Source of the DNA: an uncultured Clostridia bacterium
GTDB lineage: Bacteria; Bacillota; Clostridia; Christensenellales; CAG-138
NCBI GenBank assembly: GCA_946411635.1
Contig: CAMKES010000002.1
Span: 46,566 to 110,565 of the forward strand
Direction: 5' to 3'
Length of the DNA stretch: 64,000 nucleotides
Of this stretch, positions 47,043 to 54,861 are shown one piece after another; the stretch's first letter is position 1, and each line of letters starts with the position of its first letter. The notes beneath the pieces are model-generated. The model ran no database searches and had not been told where the DNA came from. It saw only the letters and a list, made by a program, of their open reading frames with translations. The position numbers were made by a program, and so were the translations under genes.

Positions 47043-47840
47043 TCAGACGAGCGCCGTGTCGTTCGCCGGTTCGTCCGGCGCGTGCTCGCTCACTTTTCCG
47101 TACAGGTCCGCGTCGTCGTAGCGCACGTGATAGCGCAGCGGATGCAGCATCCGGAAAAACGTGCGCTTCCGCTCCGTGCCCACGTCGACGCGACGGATCA
47201 TCGTGAACCCGCGGAACGGCGGCATGTAGGTGATCAGATCGTTGACGTTCGCAAAATTCAGGCAGTCCGTATACAGCGTCGCAAGATAGGCGTGCATACG
47301 CTTTTTGTTCAGCGGCGTGCATTTGAACGGACGCACGCTGCCGAACGTATACAGATACGGCTTCACGCCGAAGTTATAGTGCAGGTCCTGACAGCAGAGG
47401 CAGGCGATGCCGCTGCCCAGCGACCAGCCGAGGATCTCCGTCGCGGCGGAAGGATGCGCCTCGTGCAGTTCCTGCCAGCGGTCGCGCACCTCGTGCTTGA
47501 CGGCGAGATACATGTTCCCCCAGCCGTGATGCACGCGCAGCTGCAGCTTCTCTCCCTCAAACTCGATCGCCGTATAGTAGCGGCTTGCAAACTCGAAGAT
47601 GTTCGCGATCCAGTCGATTGCGCCGAGCGTGCGCTGAAAATGGAGCTGGATCACGTCGCGATCCGGCTCGTAATGGATCTCGTAATTGACCTCGTGCGAA
47701 AGACCGAACCATTTGAAAAACTTCGTGGTGTTGTACTTGACCGCAACGTACGCGACCGGATAGGTCGCCCGTCCGGTATGCGTGTAGTCCTCGCTCGTGT
47801 TGATGAAGTATTCCTCGTACGGAAGCCGCTGATACGCCAT
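47043..47840 (-). CDS. class 3 lipase family protein
   Basis: 265 aa. VHHGW..., nucleophile elbow ILGWSLGSGIA (GxSxG), YTFGSVRPF matches the Lipase_3 pattern. Confidence 0.7.
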   Translation of the reverse strand: MAYQRLPYEEYFINTSEDYTHTGRATYPVAYVAVKYNTTKFFKWFGLSHEVNYEIHYEPDRDVIQLHFQRTLGAIDWIANIFEFASRYYTAIEFEGEKLQLRVHHGWGNMYLAVKHEVRDRWQELHEAHPSAATEILGWSLGSGIACLCCQDLHYNFGVKPYLYTFGSVRPFKCTPLNKKRMHAYLATLYTDCLNFANVNDLITYMPPFRGFTMIRRVDVGTERKRTFFRMLHPLRYHVRYDDADLYGKVSEHAPDEPANDTALV

Positions 47841-47870
47841 GCGTTTGCCCCTTCCCGGCTATGATACGAA

Positions 47871-47899
47871 ATGATATCACATTGCGGCGCATTGCGCAA
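47871..47899 (-). promoter_or_regulatory. sigma-A type promoter of the lipase gene
   Basis: Minus strand TTGCGC (47894-47899), 17 nt, TGaTATCAT (47871-47876). Confidence 0.55.
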
Positions 47900-47942
47900 C
47901 GACAAACGCCGCGGCGTTCGGGTCCTTTATCAGAACGCCAAA

Positions 47943-47972
47943 CAAAAAGCCACCCGCACGGGTGGCTTTTTG
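47943..47972. terminator. hairpin terminator at the left edge of the low-GC island
   Basis: AAAAA-GCCACCC-GCAC-GGGTGGC-TTTTT. Confidence 0.8.
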
Positions 47973-48076
47973 TTTGTGTAAGAGCGCGTATAAGGGCACC
48001 AAAGCATTGAAAGAACGCCTAAAAACGCTCTTAATAATGTCGGGTTTTCAGGAAAGGTGATTGAAATAATGTCTGA

Positions 48077-48970
48077 TCACAGCAGCTTTTTCAAGCGACA
48101 GCTGCGGTGTCCCTTTGGGAAATCCTCGGCTGCGCCGTACTCGGTGAATCCATGCTTTCTATAGAAGTCCGCGACCCAATCACGGGCGTACACAAACAGG
48201 ACATCGGCTCCGTTCTCCCTTGCCTCACGCTCGCACTCTTCCAACAGATAGGAAGCCAGTCCTTGACCTCGGTAGGGCTCATCCACCCAAAGAAGATGCA
48301 CATAACCTTCATCCCAGCCGCCGATACCGGCCTGGATAGCGGCGATCATGTTGCCGTCACGATCAACAAGTTTCTTGTTCATACGGATGTAACCGTGTAA
48401 TGGCGGACAAACGGAATCGTTAAACTCGTCCAAGTTATCATAAATGAAGTCGGCGTCTTCATCCGTGCCGCGCTTGATTTCAAACCTTTTCTGCGAGCTG
48501 CTGCTATCCGGCATGTTGTCTTGCGGATCCCGGTCGAGGCGCTTTTGCATATAGAAACAGGTAGGTCCCTTTGGCCTGTCCTGCTCAGCGCATACCGAAT
48601 AACCTTGCTTGTCGCAAAAGCTCTTAGCTTGGAAATCGAAGGTCTCCACCAAGGAAAGATAACATCCGCGTTCTTTGGCAATGTGCTCTGCTTTTCGCAG
48701 AAGCGCAGACCCAAGCCCCTGCTTTCGGTAAGCCTCGTTCACCCACAGAGCAACATCATCCAATTGCCCCCAGTTGTAAATCATTGCAGCCAACCCGGCA
48801 ACGGGGTTTCCCTCGTTGTCTTCTGCCATCAAAACAAGATACTCATCCTCCGGCGCATCCGGTTCCGGCGGCAGTATGCCGTCGTCGAATTCGTCTATCC
48901 TTTCTTCCATGTAATCCGCGTCTTCATTTGTTAATGGTTTTATTTCGTATTTCATTTTCATTTTCTCCAT
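48077..48970 (-). CDS. tandem-domain GNAT family N-acetyltransferase
   Basis: 297 aa. Two GNAT cores (WVNEAYRKQGLGSALL and WVDEPYRGQGLASYLL). Confidence 0.8.
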   Translation of the reverse strand: MEKMKMKYEIKPLTNEDADYMEERIDEFDDGILPPEPDAPEDEYLVLMAEDNEGNPVAGLAAMIYNWGQLDDVALWVNEAYRKQGLGSALLRKAEHIAKERGCYLSLVETFDFQAKSFCDKQGYSVCAEQDRPKGPTCFYMQKRLDRDPQDNMPDSSSSQKRFEIKRGTDEDADFIYDNLDEFNDSVCPPLHGYIRMNKKLVDRDGNMIAAIQAGIGGWDEGYVHLLWVDEPYRGQGLASYLLEECEREARENGADVLFVYARDWVADFYRKHGFTEYGAAEDFPKGHRSCRLKKLL

Positions 48971-48995
48971 AAACTAGAAGTTGGCGATCTGCCTT

Positions 48996-50369
48996 TTACA
49001 GCTTTTTGCAGGTGTATCCACCGTAGCTTATCATGCCTTCTTCGAATTTAAACACGACCGAATACCACCGTTTGACTCCGAACTCGTTCCCGCCGAGCGG
49101 GAAAAGCTTCCATTCCCACGAGCGTCCTGTATCCGTCATGAACCTTGCGAAAAGCTCGCCGTCCTTCATGAAGACTTCGTCGATGAAGAGATCGTCGTCC
49201 GGCTTTTCGTATTTGCCGCAGAAGACTTCCCAGCCCGACTTGTCCGAACCCTTCTCTGCGATCTCCTCTATCGCCATCACGGGCTCCGGCTCGCTGCCGC
49301 AGGCTATCGCGTGCATCCCGGGCACCAGCACTTTCATAGCCCGTCCGTCGATCTGATCGCGGCAGGAGAGCTTTATTATCACCTTGTCCTCATCGATAAA
49401 ACGCTCGAACCACAGCGAATATCCCGGCCAGCTTCCCGAATGAGCGACTATGAGCCCGTGCTTGGGATCATTCGTTATATCCCAGCCGTAGCCATAGCGC
49501 GAGGGGCCGATCAGGTCATCGTCCACTCCATACTCTCCGTTGTTCAGCACCGTCGGCGTATACATCTCTGCCTGCTCTTCAAGGGTGACGATCGAACCCT
49601 CCCGCAGCACGCGGTCCCAGCGGAACAGGTCGAAGATATTGGAGTGCACGAGCCCGTCACCGTTCACGCCGTCCAGCGGGACGACGTTGTTATTATCCGG
49701 GTCCGGTGAATCATCGGGCAGGATGTAGCGGCCGTCCTCATATACCATGCCGAGAGCGAGGTTCGGTACCTCGATCCCATTCTTTCTGCGGTGATAGACT
49801 TTCGTCGAGGTCATGCCCGCGGGGATAAATATGTTTTGCTCGAGGAACTCTTCATAAGGCACGCCGGAGACCTTCTCAATGATCTGCGCAAGAACGCAGT
49901 AACCGGTGTTGCTGTACTCCCATTTTTCGCCGGGCGCGAACTCGGCCTCTTCGCCGCTCTCCATCAGGAATCGAATCATGATATCGTTGCCGGGGATATT
50001 GCCCTCCGCTTCCGCCGTCTTTTCGATCCACTCCTCATAATCGGGCAGACCGCCCGTGTGCGTCAGAAGATTTCGGACTGTAACGCCGGGGAATGGGAGC
50101 CCCGGGAAGAACTTCGTGATCTCGTCGTCCAGAGAGAGGAGCCCGCGGCGCTTAAGAAGCATTACCGCGGCCGCGGTGAACTGCTTGGTGACGGAGGCAA
50201 GGTCGAATACCATATCCTCGCTTATCGGCGTCCCCTTTTCAAGGTCGTTTATACCTATCGCGCCGGAACTTACGATCTCTCCTTTTTCTGCGTACAGCCA
50301 GGTCCCGGTAAATCCGGCTTTCTCGTGTGCATCGCGAACGAGTTTTTCGATCATAGTTTTTTTATCCAT
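48996..50369 (-). CDS. serine hydrolase, beta-lactamase (class C)/PBP4*-like family
   Basis: 457 aa from ATG 50369 (GGAGG upstream). SxxK motif ASVTKQF, YSNTGY, HSGSWPGY. Extra C-terminal domain of about 110 aa. Confidence 0.8.
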   Translation of the reverse strand: MDKKTMIEKLVRDAHEKAGFTGTWLYAEKGEIVSSGAIGINDLEKGTPISEDMVFDLASVTKQFTAAAVMLLKRRGLLSLDDEITKFFPGLPFPGVTVRNLLTHTGGLPDYEEWIEKTAEAEGNIPGNDIMIRFLMESGEEAEFAPGEKWEYSNTGYCVLAQIIEKVSGVPYEEFLEQNIFIPAGMTSTKVYHRRKNGIEVPNLALGMVYEDGRYILPDDSPDPDNNNVVPLDGVNGDGLVHSNIFDLFRWDRVLREGSIVTLEEQAEMYTPTVLNNGEYGVDDDLIGPSRYGYGWDITNDPKHGLIVAHSGSWPGYSLWFERFIDEDKVIIKLSCRDQIDGRAMKVLVPGMHAIACGSEPEPVMAIEEIAEKGSDKSGWEVFCGKYEKPDDDLFIDEVFMKDGELFARFMTDTGRSWEWKLFPLGGNEFGVKRWYSVVFKFEEGMISYGGYTCKKL

Positions 50370-50685
50370 AATTGCCTCCATAAGCATCGATTTGTTTGTT
50401 TCTCCGTCCATCCCGACAAACGGGAATTTGAAAACCACGATTTCATAAGTGGTTACTGCCCCTCATAGGGCTTTAATAAAATCCTCCAAAACGCTTGAAA
50501 ACAAAGGATTTATCGCAATGTGTCCGCCTTATCCCTTTATACGATTTCACTTGCGTTTATGCTTCCCTCGCCACCTCATAAGGGCAAAAATAAGGGAAGA
50601 AAAATCTGATAACAAGCTATAAAAACAAGTGGCAATCGGGAAACTGTGACATATGTGCGAATATATTATACTGGAGGATTTCAAG

Positions 50686-51063
50686 ATGGACAAGTACATT
50701 TATGATGAAAACAACGGTCTTTGGTATGAACTGCAAGGCGAATACTATTTGCCGTGCCTTAGCTTGCCACCCGAAGAAGAAAAGCCTATCGGGATATGGG
50801 GACAGCGGCACAAACGCTACCTGAAAGAACATAGAAAAGCAACCTACACAACACTTCTGACCAGCGGTAAGCTCAACACTTATCTTTCCGGCATCAACGA
50901 ACAGGCGCAGGAACGCTTTGAACGGCTCATAGATGGCATGAAGCAGGCACAGGGTATCACGGAACAATTAAAGGCGGAAAACGCCTTAGAATGGGTCAGG
51001 AGAATGAATAATATACGGGCTTGTGCGATGGAGATTGTGAATATAGAAATCATCTTCGCATAG
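50686..51063 (+). CDS. tnpV: transposon-encoded TnpV-like protein
   Basis: 125 aa from ATG 50686 (GGAGG upstream). WGQRHKRYLKEHRKATYTTLLTSGKLNTYLSGINEQAQERFE...GITEQLKAENALEWVRRMNNIRACAMEIV closely matches the TnpV family of Tn4451-like elements. Confidence 0.85.
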   Translation: MDKYIYDENNGLWYELQGEYYLPCLSLPPEEEKPIGIWGQRHKRYLKEHRKATYTTLLTSGKLNTYLSGINEQAQERFERLIDGMKQAQGITEQLKAENALEWVRRMNNIRACAMEIVNIEIIFA

Positions 51064-51084
51064 CAGACTGGCGGTAACGCAAAG

Positions 51085-51124
51085 CGAGGGGTAAAGGTGT
51101 AAATGCCTTACCCCTCGTATTTTA
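51085..51124 (+). terminator. rho-independent terminator after tnpV
   Basis: CGAGGGGTAAAGG-TGTAAAT-GCCTTACCCCTCG followed by TATTTTAT. Confidence 0.85.
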
Positions 51125-51250
51125 TGACGAGAATATGGCTTAACACAAGGCATTTGTGGGTTAAAAGCGCTACAGTAGAGAGATTATGCTGAAAACATAG
51201 GGTTTGGCAATCCAAAAGCAAACTTTTTATGAATGTTGTCTGTTGCCTCT

Positions 51251-51279
51251 TGACTTATATCGGCAATCTATATATAATC
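51251..51279 (+). promoter_or_regulatory. sigma-A type promoter of the padR module
   Basis: TTGACT (51251-51256), 17 nt, TATAAT (51274-51279). An ATCGA-N11-TCGAT inverted repeat lies immediately downstream. Confidence 0.7.
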
Positions 51280-51313
51280 GATATGTAGACTGTCGATACA
51301 AGGAGGGACATAT

Positions 51314-51661
51314 ATGGCAATTGATAAATCTCTGATTTCAGGGAATACAGATATGCTGATTTTGAAGCTGCTTGAAAAACAAGATATGTATGGGTATCAG
51401 ATGATAGAAGAACTTGCGAAGCAATCCGACCATACTTTTGAATTGAAAGCAGGAACATTATATCCTCTGCTCCATCTCTTAGAGCAAAAGCAGTATCTTG
51501 TGTCCTATGACGGAGAAACTGTTGCGGGGAAAACAAGAAAATATTACAGGATTACAGATGAAGGGAAAAGATTTCTTGTGGTGCGGCTGTCTGAGTGGGA
51601 AAGCTACTCTGCCGCAGTCAATAAGGTTTTGTCGGGGGGTGTTTTGCTTGCAGGAATATAA
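51314..51661 (+). CDS. PadR family transcriptional regulator
   Basis: 115 aa. GNTDMLILKLLEKQDMYGYQMIEEL...GTLYPLLHLLEQKQYL are canonical PadR wHTH blocks. Confidence 0.9.
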   Translation: MAIDKSLISGNTDMLILKLLEKQDMYGYQMIEELAKQSDHTFELKAGTLYPLLHLLEQKQYLVSYDGETVAGKTRKYYRITDEGKRFLVVRLSEWESYSAAVNKVLSGGVLLAGI

Positions 51662-52943
51662 TTCTCCCGAAGAATATATCAAGGATGTTCAAAGATACAT
51701 TCGTTGGAGCAGAGCAAAGGTTGTGGCAACAAGAGAGCTTTCTGACCACATAAACGACCAATACGATGCTTTGCGGGAAAACGGTCTGAATCAGAAAGAA
51801 GCAATGAGAAAAGCCATTGAAGAAATGGGCGATGCAGATGTAGTTGGGACAGAGCTTGATATTGTCCACCGCCCGAAAGTGAATTGGCTGTTGCTGCTCA
51901 TAGCAGGCGTGTTGCTGCTGAGTGGTATTCTAATCTCTGCTATGCTAACCTCAATATCCCTGACCGTACCAAAGATAATCGGTATTGTGCTTGGAGTTTG
52001 TGTTGCTGCTTTTTTGTATTTTATTGATTACACTGTCTTAATTCGCTTTCCAAGAGCGTTATACGGACTGCTCTCACTGGCGGCAATCTTCGGGCTACTC
52101 TATGAATTATGGAACGGATTTGCACCGCTTGGATACGGTTTTCTGTTCTACCTGCTGCTATGCTATCCGATTGTTTTGGTCGGAATCCTGTTTTATGAAA
52201 AGAACAGTGAAAGCGAGACAAAAATCATACATTACTGGCTATATGCTATTTTTCCGCTGACTTTAGCGTTAATAAATCAAGCGTTTCCAGTTTTTGTGTT
52301 GCTGTTGGCTTGCGAGCTATTCATCTTTTGCTGCGGGTTAAAATTAAAATGGCTGAAATGGAATCGTGTTAATATCTTCGGTGTGGCTTGTATGCTGATT
52401 TTTCTTATTATCGGAGTGTACCTGTTAAGCCGCTTTTATCATCTTTTTCGCTTGCAGGAAAATACAGGATATTTACAACAGCTCGATTTCTTTTCGGTGT
52501 TTCGTGAAGCGGAGTTAATTGGAAAAAGCGGAATGCCTGTTGATGTGAAGGTAATGAGCTACTTCTATGACCACCCAATCACCCTGCTCCTGTACGAATA
52601 CGGAAAATTTTCACTTATATTTTTGCTGTTTGTATTCGGGATATTGTTTGCTATCCTTTACAGGACTTCAAAAAAGCAGGATACAGAGGTTAGCAAACTT
52701 CTAACCAATACCGTGCTGTTGATTTATATTTTACGAATTGTTTTCACTGCCTTATCCGACATTGGGGTTCTTCCGAACTTCTTTATGTGCGTCCCCTTCG
52801 TTGTAACAGGAGGAATGTTCATTATTTACGATATGGCACTTGTTGGAATTATCCTATCAGTAAACCGCAATGAGAGCATTGCAAAGGATTGGATTAAATT
52901 AAAAAGCAAGCGTAACGCTGCTAAAAACGGAGGTCAACTATGA
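51648..52943 (+). CDS. membrane protein: PadR-associated N-terminal 'permease prefix' helix bundle fused to a SEDS (FtsW/RodA/SpoVE)-like polytopic domain
   Basis: About 431 aa. Start is TTG 51648 or GTG 51639 (no ATG; overlaps the padR end). N-terminus EEYIKDVQRYIRW...RELSDHI...EAMRKAIEEMGDA. About 9 TM helices. C-terminal GVLPNFFMCVPFVVTGGMF resembles the SEDS PF(x)SYGGS block. Confidence 0.55.
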   Translation: MQEYNSPEEYIKDVQRYIRWSRAKVVATRELSDHINDQYDALRENGLNQKEAMRKAIEEMGDADVVGTELDIVHRPKVNWLLLLIAGVLLLSGILISAMLTSISLTVPKIIGIVLGVCVAAFLYFIDYTVLIRFPRALYGLLSLAAIFGLLYELWNGFAPLGYGFLFYLLLCYPIVLVGILFYEKNSESETKIIHYWLYAIFPLTLALINQAFPVFVLLLACELFIFCCGLKLKWLKWNRVNIFGVACMLIFLIIGVYLLSRFYHLFRLQENTGYLQQLDFFSVFREAELIGKSGMPVDVKVMSYFYDHPITLLLYEYGKFSLIFLLFVFGILFAILYRTSKKQDTEVSKLLTNTVLLIYILRIVFTALSDIGVLPNFFMCVPFVVTGGMFIIYDMALVGIILSVNRNESIAKDWIKLKSKRNAAKNGGQL

Positions 52944-53410
52944 AAAAATTCTTATGTGCTATTCTATTCTTGACGATGGTAATCAGTCTCTCCGCCTGCG
53001 GCGGTAAAGGCGTTTCGACACTTGTGAAGCATTATGGTCAGGAAAAGGTCGATGAAATGGAAATCGAGTGTACCGATGAAACACAGCTAAAGGTCGCAAA
53101 TGACCTCATAGCAGAAGCAAAGGATATTATGTCTTACTGCGGGTCAGGAGACGGTACGAATAAAGAGGACTGCGGTGCGTTAGAAAGATACTATTTCTTT
53201 GATGATAAGGCGGTTCGGGCAGATGTTTCGATAGAACTTGTAACCACCAAACAGGAAAATGGGAAGGGATATATCTGGGTGAAATATTCAGCCGATTATT
53301 ACGATAAGGATGATACTCTCATTTCTGGTAACGGAGAAGCATATTCACGTTGGGATATTGAACAGTTAGATGGAAAATGGACGGTAACGTTAATTGACGA
53401 AATACCGTAA
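52940..53410 (+). CDS. lipoprotein, unknown function
   Basis: 156 aa. Lipobox ISLSACGG. ATGA overlap with the upstream membrane protein gene. Confidence 0.65.
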   Translation: MKKFLCAILFLTMVISLSACGGKGVSTLVKHYGQEKVDEMEIECTDETQLKVANDLIAEAKDIMSYCGSGDGTNKEDCGALERYYFFDDKAVRADVSIELVTTKQENGKGYIWVKYSADYYDKDDTLISGNGEAYSRWDIEQLDGKWTVTLIDEIP

Positions 53411-53424
53411 GGATTGGTGAGTGT

Positions 53425-53613
53425 ATGCAGAAACAAGCCGAATGGATATTATGTCCTGTTTGTGGCAACAAAACCCGTGACAGAACAAGATATGATACGG
53501 TCTTGAAAAACTATCCTCTCTACTGCCCGAAGTGCAAGCAGGAAACGCTGATAGAAGCAGAGAACTTGAAAGTAACCGTTATAAAGAAACAGGAACTTTG
53601 GAAGTGTCAGTAA
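53425..53613 (+). CDS. cysteine-rich KTR domain protein (C-terminus atypical)
   Basis: 62 aa. WILCPVCGNKTRDRTRYDTVLKNYPLYCPKCKQETLIEAENLKVTVIK matches the KTR family. The last 9 residues (KQELWKCQ) depart from the usual EPDAKTQSR-type tail. Confidence 0.75.
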   Translation: MQKQAEWILCPVCGNKTRDRTRYDTVLKNYPLYCPKCKQETLIEAENLKVTVIKKQELWKCQ

Positions 53614-53666
53614 GCTCGTAAATCATATTGGCTCTTTCCTCCCACAAATCCCGATTTATCGAAATG

Positions 53667-53695
53667 ATTATACCACAGCCAAGCGTGCCAGACAA
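53667..53695 (-). promoter_or_regulatory. orphan extended -10 promoter pointing into the island
   Basis: Minus strand TTGTCT (53690-53695), 17 nt, TGgTATAAT (53667-53672). Followed by GGGAGGAAAG and a 15-codon ORF (53626-53579, MIYELTDTSKVPVSL) antisense to the KTR 3' end. Confidence 0.45.
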
Positions 53696-53732
53696 CAAAA
53701 AACCTCTCTTGCCTTGGTAGACAAAAGAGGTT
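53695..53732 (-). terminator. rho-independent terminator after tRNA-Trp
   Basis: Minus strand AACCUCUUUUG-UCUACCAAGG-CAAGAGAGGUU followed by UUUUUG. Confidence 0.75.
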
Positions 53733-53739
53733 TCTTTGT

Positions 53740-53813
53740 TGGCAGGGGCAGAAGGACTCGAACCCTCAAGAACGGTTTTGGAGACCGCTATGTTACCATT
53801 ACATCATGCCCCT
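53740..53813 (-). tRNA. trnW: tRNA-Trp (anticodon CCA), CCA end encoded
   Basis: Manual fold of the minus strand AGGGGCAUGAUGUAAUGGUAACAUAGCGGUCUCCAAAACCGUUCUUGAGGGUUCGAGUCCUUCUGCCCCUGCCA. 7-bp acceptor AGGGGCA/UGCCCCU, anticodon stem GCGGU/ACCGU with loop CUCCAAA, T arm GAGGG-UUCGAGU-CCUUC. Confidence 0.9.
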
Positions 53814-53844
53814 ACTGGATGCGATTTTTCGGTTCGCAAGCGCT

Positions 53845-53873
53845 ATCATACCATAGCCTTACGCAAATTGCAA
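53845..53873 (-). promoter_or_regulatory. sigma-A type promoter of tRNA-Trp
   Basis: Minus strand TTGCAA (53868-53873), 17 nt, TGgTATGAT (53845-53850), about 30 nt upstream of the tRNA 5' end. Confidence 0.7.
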
Positions 53874-53885
53874 GCATTTTTTCGG

Positions 53886-54812
53886 TCAGACGAACCGGAC
53901 GATATAGTCGTGCAGGTTTTTGTACGCGATGCGCTCGACGTCGGCGGGCGTAAAGCCGTCCCGTAACAGCGCGTCGAACAGCGCGGGCAGATCGGACGGA
54001 TTTTTCAGGTCCTTCGGATACTGCGACATGCCGTCGAAGTCCGAACCGATGCATACGTGATCCATGCCGCCGATCGAAACGGCGTGCTCGATATGGCGGA
54101 CGATATCCGCAATCGTCGCGCGGCCGGAGGCGCACAGCTGCGGGCCGTAGAAATTGATCCCGACCACCCCGCCCTTTTCGGCGATCGCGCGGATATACGC
54201 GTCCGGAAGGCAGCGCGGCGCATCCTGAAGCGCGCGGCAGTTCGAATGCGAGGCGAAGATCGGCTGCGTCGAGAGCGCGAGTGCGTCCTCGATGCCTGCG
54301 TCGGAGAGATGCGACACGTCGAACGCGATGCCGAGGCGGTTCATCTCCCGAAGGATCTCTTTGCCCGCCTGCGAAAGACCGCGGCGTTTTTTGCCCTGTC
54401 CCGCGCCCGCAAGCTCGTTGTCCGAATTCCAGGTAAACGTCATCGCGCGCACGCCGAGCCGGTACAGATCCCGGAGGATCGAGGGCGACGCGCCGAGGCA
54501 CTCCGCGCCCTCGACCGCAAGCACCGTTGCGATCTTTCCGGAGCGCGGATCAAAGTCCTTCGTAAGCGGCACGAGCTCGGGATGCGCTTCGAGCGCGGCG
54601 TAATACCGGTCGATCATGATCAGCACCTGCTCGAGCGGCGGAACGCGCATGGTCGTATCCGCCCACGCCGCCAGAAACTGCAGTGCGACGCCTCCGTTTT
54701 TCAGGTTCTCCAGCGTGATCGTCTGACCGCGTCTTTTGGTGTCGACCGTCCAGCCGTATTCCATTGCGCCGAACAGATAATCGCAGTGCGCGTCGGCAGC
54801 GTAAAATTGCAT
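53886..54812 (-). CDS. membrane dipeptidase family (M19) protein
   Basis: 308 aa from ATG 54812 (GGGAGGAG upstream). MQFYAADAHCDYL, IAFDVSHLSD, IFASHSNCRAL, GSDFDG match M19 blocks. The track ORF is over-extended to 55259. Confidence 0.85.
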   Translation of the reverse strand: MQFYAADAHCDYLFGAMEYGWTVDTKRRGQTITLENLKNGGVALQFLAAWADTTMRVPPLEQVLIMIDRYYAALEAHPELVPLTKDFDPRSGKIATVLAVEGAECLGASPSILRDLYRLGVRAMTFTWNSDNELAGAGQGKKRRGLSQAGKEILREMNRLGIAFDVSHLSDAGIEDALALSTQPIFASHSNCRALQDAPRCLPDAYIRAIAEKGGVVGINFYGPQLCASGRATIADIVRHIEHAVSIGGMDHVCIGSDFDGMSQYPKDLKNPSDLPALFDALLRDGFTPADVERIAYKNLHDYIVRFV

Positions 54813-54861
54813 TGGCTCCTCCCGAAAAGAAAAGGGGCAGATCGCTCTGCCCCGTACTTTT

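Larger units (their letters stand above)
47977..53739. mobile_element. low-GC genomic island / degenerate integrative-element remnant abutting the 3' end of tRNA-Trp
   Basis: G+C drops from about 65% to about 45-57% (48.0-50.4 kb) and about 37% (50.4-53.7 kb) in hand-counted lines. Carries TnpV and a Cys-rich KTR gene, both typical of clostridial mobile elements. Ends at the tRNA-Trp terminator. No integrase, recombinase or att repeat found. Confidence 0.55.

Noticed and set aside
47977-50600. Imperfect similar segments (…ATAAGGGCA…AAAACGCT…) at about 47985-48030, 50455-50500 and 50570-50590, considered as island att sites or module-boundary repeats. I also searched for a direct repeat of the tRNA-Trp 3' end at the distal island edge.
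   Set aside because: By eye, identity is only about 60% over short stretches, and no copy of the tRNA 3' end is present. This is not enough to call att sites without computed alignments.
53714-53966. Plus-strand ORFs of 79 and 76 aa overlapping the tRNA-Trp region.
   Set aside because: They run antisense through a well-folding tRNA and its promoter, and they have no RBS.
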